A DNA stretch of 63,079 nucleotides, counting the filler, from Bigelowiella natans CCMP2755 (lineage: Eukaryota > Protista > Cercozoa), in the NCBI GenBank assembly GCA_000320545.1. It is 8 parts of 8 records of this genome, joined end to end, with 100 filler letters (N's around TTAATTAATTAA, not from the genome) between each part and the next. Parts side by side here need not be neighbours in the genome. Positions count along the whole stretch, not along the records: positions 52,361 to 56,721 come from ADNK01001976.1; positions 56,822 to 63,079 come from ADNK01002070.1; 6 more parts are not named here. The stretch is one strand, 5' to 3'. The notes below the pieces were generated by a model, which was not told where the DNA came from, searched no databases, and saw only the letters and a list, made by a program, of their open reading frames with translations. The translations under genes and the position numbers were made by a program. Below, in pieces: positions 56,709-63,079 of the stretch (position 1 is the first letter of the stretch; every line of letters starts with the position of its first letter).

Positions 56709-56840
56709 GACGACGACGACGNNNNNNNNNNNNNNNNNNNNNNNNNNNNNNNNNNNNNNNNNNNNTTAATTAATTAANNNNNNNNNNNNNNNNNNNNNNN
56801 NNNNNNNNNNNNNNNNNNNNNCTCGCATGGGGGTGCATAC

Positions 56841-56902
<62 letters not shown>

Positions 56903-57688
56903 AGACAAAAAGAGAGAAAACGCTCTGAATGTGGCGTTGATAACTAGAAGCTATCCTCACCTCGGCCACTCGCCATGAATTTCCAACAGCAAAATTTTGT
57001 GGTATTAAATTGGCTAGGGCTCGCCTCTGCATGGATATCCGCAGACCTTTTGGCAAAGTCAGATTGTGACGAGAGACGTAGAGAGATAACGCTAGAAGAA
57101 AGAGGAAAGCGAAAGGGATTTACCACGTCGTCCGACAGTAGGTCTGGCATCCCCTCCCCCGATGTGATTGGCAAGAAGGAGAGTGAGGGGCAACAGTGAG
57201 GGAAGAGAAGGGGGTGGCATAACCACAACCCGTGTCCCTAAATGAGGGTAATCTTGACTGCTTTGCACCTACCTCCAAGGTACTCCCGTTGTGAAGGGGG
57301 GGGTCCACGTGTGGTGTGAGTGCTTTCAGCTCTTTTAATCGCCCAAAAGGGCTTGAAAAAAGGCTGAAATCCCCTAAGTATTATGTCTACGACAAGACAA
57401 AATTATTATCGCCATTAAAAACTATCCCAGTACCACCATTCTTTCGCCAAACTTCTTCTATTTGAGTATTTTTTGTGCGAAATATTTCGAAAACGCTCTC
57501 GTCCTCCATGCAAGGATTTCGTTTCGATTTGACAGGTTTGACGACCGCACGGCGACGAAAGCGAAAATCAGATAAATGGTGGGAAATATTCGCATATTTA
57601 CAAATATTTTGTTGTCGCAATAGAAAATGGGAGAAACTCTGAAATCCGAGTACGCCTCTCTCCTCTCTAAATCGAAGAATGCCCAACG

Positions 57689-59395
57689 ATGGAGGGAGAT
57701 GAGGATATAAATTTACATGCAAAATCTCGCAAGAGAAGGCTCCAGAGTGAGAAATATAGTGATTCTAGTTCGCTGGCAAAAAGGCATTTCCATCCCCATC
57801 GCTCCGTAGAGAGCAGTGGCAGCCATAGTAAAGAAAAGGCATTTGAGGCTATTGCCGAAAAGCTTGAAACCGAAAACGAGCGTCTCAAAGCGGAGATAAC
57901 TAGGTTACAGCAGAGACTCGGACCTGATTCAAAAGTGGAGAAGGCCCGTGATGACGGTTTCACGAGCGATGAGACAATGTTCTCGGTTTGGCTCTCTCAG
58001 CACATCCTCCCCGCGCTAACATGCGCGGTCCAACTGAAAACGTTCGAAGCGATCTCACGGGCAAAGGGGGGGGCTCTGTCAGCGACCGAGATTCAAAAAT
58101 CGTGCAAGATGAATCAGCGAGGTGAGAATCTCCAAAATTGGCGCGCGCGACTCCCTCCATTAGTAACCGTGTTTGTGTGCCATAACTAAGGTTCCATAGC
58201 ACTGCTGTCTGTGCTAGAATCGTTAGAGCTCCTCTATGGCACACATCGTCCAGCAGAAAATCACGGGCAGCAAAGCCAACATAAAGTCTGGTTACCCGGT
58301 GACATTCACTATGCGTTAACAGCTCTTTCTGATAGATTTTTGGTTGAAAGCTCCCCATTCCACTGGTTGGGTCCATTGCTCTCCACCATGACTAACACGT
58401 GCCACTCGCGACTTCTGGCTGCCCTGACCTGCGATGAGAAGCTATCTTACGACGGAGACGATACGTCTGTTACGGGTGGACTTCATGAATCTTGCCCCTC
58501 GGCTGCTGTTGCATGGGAGACGGGCAGTATGAGCCAACATCAGGCCTCAGCCATTACAAAAATGATGCATCGTCTTGGAACGGCTTCTGCAAGGGCTTTA
58601 GCCAAAAAGGTTCGGGGCAACAACACACTATCACGAGGAAAAAGTCGATACCAACGAAATCAGTTTGCCCCCCCCCCCCCCCCCCCCCTTTGCTAACACC
58701 GAAAAGGAGCTGTTCGTACTCCAGCTATCTAAGTAATAACTAGCTACCATTTTACAGGTCACAGCCTCCAAGCTGCTCGGCTTCATTCAGGATAAATTCA
58801 GCCCCAAAGGCCCCGTGCAGCTGCTTGATATAGGCGGTGGCAGTGGTGTGTACAGCACGCAGCTGCTCCAGGTAACTAACCCTAACCCTACCTGTTCTTG
58901 ATTGGCGATCAGAATAATGCTTTTTTATCGCCTTTAGGCCGCGCCCAACGTGTAGGCCACAATAGCCGATTTACCAGTCGTATGCTCTGCTTGTAAGAAA
59001 GGAAACTACTGTCCGCCGCAGGTTGTGCACTTCTATCGTTCTTGGAAGCAGCAGCAGCAGCAACAACACAGACCTGATGAGTTCTAATAATCTATTGGCC
59101 TTAGGTCAGATTCTTTGCGTTTGACATGTTCAAGGATCCCTGGCCGGTAATGCGAATACATATATAAATATAAATAAATAAATATATATATATATATATA
59201 TATATATGCATATTTTACCATCCCTTCCAGGAAGGCCACCAAGTGCATTTGCTTTCCAATGTGCTGCACGATTGGGGGGTAAGTCGAAGTTAAAGGAGAA
59301 TCGTCATCCGTCTGCAACCTCTGAAAATCTTTGGAGACGTCATTCATATAGGCTCTTGTCTTTTAATAGCTTGAAGTCATGACTTTCCTACACGC

Positions 59396-59437
<42 letters not shown>

Positions 59438-60303
59438 GTATTTTGCCCAACAATATTATACCCCCATACATACCAAATGTTATTTCTTTCTTTCAATTTG
59501 TACAAGCCTTTTTTTTTTTAATTAATTTTTTTGGTACTAACTCCTCAGCCAGAAAAGTCAGAGCACATATTGAGGAATTCGCACCGTACGCTTGAGTCTG
59601 GAGGTTGGCTAAAAACGACACACAACTTCATTTTCGTGGCTTCCACCGCCAAACACACGTTTTGCATCTGGCCATTCTTCTGCTCCTTGCTAGCGTCTAT
59701 GCTGAGTTCTGGGTGCACAATCTCGCGACAGGCTGTTTGGTTATTCACGAGATGCTGATATCCACAACGGATGGACGCAATCGAGGGGGCGGGAAGAGCG
59801 AGGGAGCATGCGCGAAGAGGTCAATGCCGGGTTTGGCTGAGCGGCGCAGCTTTCCGATAAATCCAGCATCAGCATTCAGCCCATCGTTGACAGCGTCTTG
59901 CTTCGGCCTGCATATGCTGCTCTACACTAGGTTTGGTCGCCAGGTAGCAAATCGCGCATCCAACCAAAACATTGCATCCCCCGCTATCGCGTTACTTTGC
60001 AGAAGGTGATGGCAGTTTAATTATGCTCAGTTCTATCTTGAAGAGCTCACATCGATCCTCCGCAAAGTCGGTTTTAAGGTGAGGAAGAAAGACCTGATTT
60101 TCTGTGTGTATGTGTGTGTGTGTGTGTGTTGGAGGTATGCGGTGCAGCAGCGCTGTGCGAAGGGTGTAAGCGAGCGGCAGAGGCCGATGAATGAACTTTC
60201 AAACAGTTGACGATGTTGCTCTGCTTCTACTCAGGAGCACAACATCTCGACCCATTGCATCCCTAAATCTTGCTTCAAAGTTGTAATCGCTCGGCTAGAT
60301 TAG
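57689..60303 (+). CDS. SAM-dependent O-methyltransferase (Methyltransf_2, ASMT/COMT-like), multi-exon
   Basis: LLDIGGGSG, ADLPVV, FDMFKDPWP, LSNVLHDW, L..GG.LVIHE and EL..IL.KVGF. Stop TAG at 60301-60303. Confidence 0.85.
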
Positions 60304-61334
60304 TGATAGCTCTTCCAGGAAGTGTAATACGAATTTGAGCCATTCAAAGTCCAAATTCGCTACTTGAACGAAAACGTCGGAAGACTACGTCTGTGAAGAG
60401 ATGTTAAGTTGCAATAAGCCACCACGCACACCAAAATGTCCACTCGCTCCCAAACTAATGTTCATGCTATGCTGCGGCCATGCTAGCATGCGTTTGTGCA
60501 AAATGCGGTTAGTTGGAGAATGCGCGACTGAATAGACTGAAATATACTGCTGCACGATACATTACAAAAGCTAGCAAGTAAGTAAATCGCAATATGCACG
60601 ACGCGCAGCAGCTGTCGAGCATCATTCCCAGATTTGTGGCCCTTTGTGACGTTGCTGTTGAATTAACACATGCATGAAATAATGGACCGCGTGCAAGAGT
60701 AAATCATCAAATGCGGTCATAAATGAAGAGTGCAATGACATGCTGTTCTGTAGGCTTTATAACATGTTGAATGAGCATTTTATTAGCGTGTGATTTTGGC
60801 ATTGTTGTCATCATCATGCATCATGCATCATGCAACATCGCGACGACACAACGGATATCGTAGGCATGTAGCGCACAATAACACACACAATTCTAGACAT
60901 TAACGACATGTGAATACTTCGATCTGATATCAAACGATTCATCACTTCGCTTTGCGGACAGCCTCTATAGCCGTATGCGTTGTAACAACACAGTCAGTAC
61001 TTGCAAGCTCGTCGATCATGATGAGCTATTGAGCAACGTGGCACTAATTAGACTACGTGCGACGCTATATACGATGGAAAGACACATGTATCCCTGTTTT
61101 GGCGCCGCGTGTTTCAGGAGATAAGTGGCGATCAGATGTGTAGAAGCGAATACTTACATGTCCTAATCACACGCACCCGTACTCACGACTGCTGCTATGT
61201 CTTGAGAATGGTGTTGGTACTTTATTAGAGGAGGAAGTTAGAAAAGTCACTAAATACTCGGTTGAATCAAGTTTGTACGTAACTGGAACCCCCCCCCTTC
61301 CCCCCTCCCCCCTCGTGATGAAGCTGTTGTTTCG

Positions 61335-61446
61335 TCAAGCTGCTAGTTGATCGGCAGACGATTCGTCCAGTCCAACCTGAGTGTGTCATCATTGAGTTAC
61401 ATGGGAACCAACAAAATAGTGATATGTATATGTTTGTGTGTCCGTC

Positions 61447-61486
<40 letters not shown>

Positions 61487-62048
61487 TGTGGTTAACGAGC
61501 GCATCAAAAGTAGATATAGCACACGTGCCTCCTGTCATCGATATTCTCTCATTCGGTAGCCATGACCTGATCTAGCACGATATCGTAAGACGGCGGCTGC
61601 GGCTGTGAGGAGGCTCCGTGCAAAGAAGGAGACTCGCCGACGAGGACCAGTAGCACGTAGATACAGAGCATCGCCGCGCTCCCGCAAGCAAGGATTATCA
61701 GCAGCTTTCCTACATCGTAGTGCTCGATGACAACCCCAGTTATCGCAGGAATCTGTCGTGAAAATGCGGAATATGTTAGAACTGCTGTGTTAATATACAC
61801 ATCTATGCTCATCAAATCACCAGAGCGCCATCGAATCATAAAGCCATCATAATCATGCTGAGCAGGTTATTAGCCGTCACCGTCATTTCTCCCAAGCTCG
61901 CACCAGCGACGAAGATAGAAGCTGCCCGTGCATCGACTCCTGCGTGTAGGTTGAATATCTCCTCCTTCCACCTCCTTCACGCTCTCTTTCTTCGGTTTGC
62001 TTTTCACATGGCGCGTATGTGCGCGTGTGCATGTTGGTGTGTGTGAGC

Positions 62049-62079
<31 letters not shown>

Positions 62080-62591
62080 TGTGAGGACAATAAGGCGACA
62101 TCGCGTTGATTCGGTGGTCAAAATTGGACGACCTATATACATCTCAGCGAGTGTAAATGCCGTGGGAAAGCAAGATGAGAGTGCGAGGCCATAGAGCGAG
62201 GCTCCTGCAGAGATAAAATGGTGGGAGCGTGTGAGAAGCAACAAACCAGAACACTTGTCAAATCAACAACCAATCGTCGTCACCGCGGAGCAAACATCGG
62301 CGAAAACAACAAATTCCATTCAATTTCCTCATCTAACCGTTCCATGTTGATTCTATTCTCGTACGCGTGTATGCGTGCGCGTCTCCGTGTGTGTATATAC
62401 TACCCGCCCAGAGAAGAGGCAGAGAGGAAGGGTTCCAAATAGGCAAGATAATACTCACCAACGCTAATCCTGTTGTAATGGTGATGATGATGATGGTGAT
62501 GATGATGATGATAATAATGGGAATGACGATGGTTGATGGCATGCATTCGAGAGAATGCAAGCTGTGTTTCGTCATCGTATCCGTTGATATA

Positions 62592-62630
<39 letters not shown>

Positions 62631-62900
62631 GTGTGTGTGTGTGTGTGTGTGTGTATATTATAATAAACATATGTGTATCAATATATAATTGACCCGTATG
62701 CCCTGCTAGCATGGTTCTTGGAGAGAATCGTTGTGAGATAAAGATGGCAAGTCCCCTGCAAACGACAGCGATCATCACCGTGTATGTATCTTCGAGACAA
62801 TCACGATCTAGCATTCCCATTGATGATAATTTAAAAGATTGCACGTGTTATCGCAACGAAAGCAACCACCTTCCGACCGCTAGCAGTAGCCAGAACATTG
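61335..62900 (-). CDS. MFS transporter (MFSD4/FucP-like), 5'-partial
   Basis: MFWLLLAVGR|GLAIFISQRFSPRTML / LYGLALSSCFPTAFTLAE / AASIFVAGASLGEM / IPAITGVVIE...VGLDESSADQLAA-stop. Confidence 0.75.
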
Positions 62901-63046
62901 CTGTGATAACGATAGAAACAACAACGCAAAGCCGACGATTGATGCATGTAAAAACATGAAGCAATGAGGGCGGGGGGCGAAAATCATTGATTTTGTTATT
63001 CAATTAGATATATGCACGTACACATTGTTATATATATTAATATATG

Positions 63047-63078
<32 letters not shown>

Positions 63079-63079
63079 A

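Noticed and set aside
58875-58893. Telomere-like (CCCTAA) repeats in an intron
   Set aside because: Only about two units, too short to be meaningful.

Overview
Intron-rich eukaryotic nuclear scaffold with GT-AG introns packed with microsatellites and seven 100-nt assembly gaps carrying an artificial TTAATTAATTAA spacer. A nucleus-encoded PsbY with a signal-peptide-plus-transit leader points to an alga with a secondary plastid, most likely a chlorarachniophyte (inference). Genes rebuilt by hand from exons are: propionyl-CoA carboxylase alpha (3' part), an EXS-family protein, cytosolic seryl-tRNA synthetase, a polycystin-1-like REJ/GPS/TM protein, a Rab32/38/29-type GTPase with long extensions, an archaemetzincin, PsbY, an apparent spliced UvrC-UvrB fusion, a WD40 protein, an O-methyltransferase and an MFS transporter. 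Two things stand out. (1) There are islands where TpA is almost erased except inside CTA/TAG/CTAG. One covers a LINE relic and a ubiquitin-like pseudogene, and the others sit in tail-to-tail intergenic regions, which suggests an undescribed context-specific T-to-C mutagenic or DNA-modification system. (2) Phase-compatible exons join a signal-peptide-bearing UvrC to UvrB in one reading frame. All exon boundaries and counts were read by eye.
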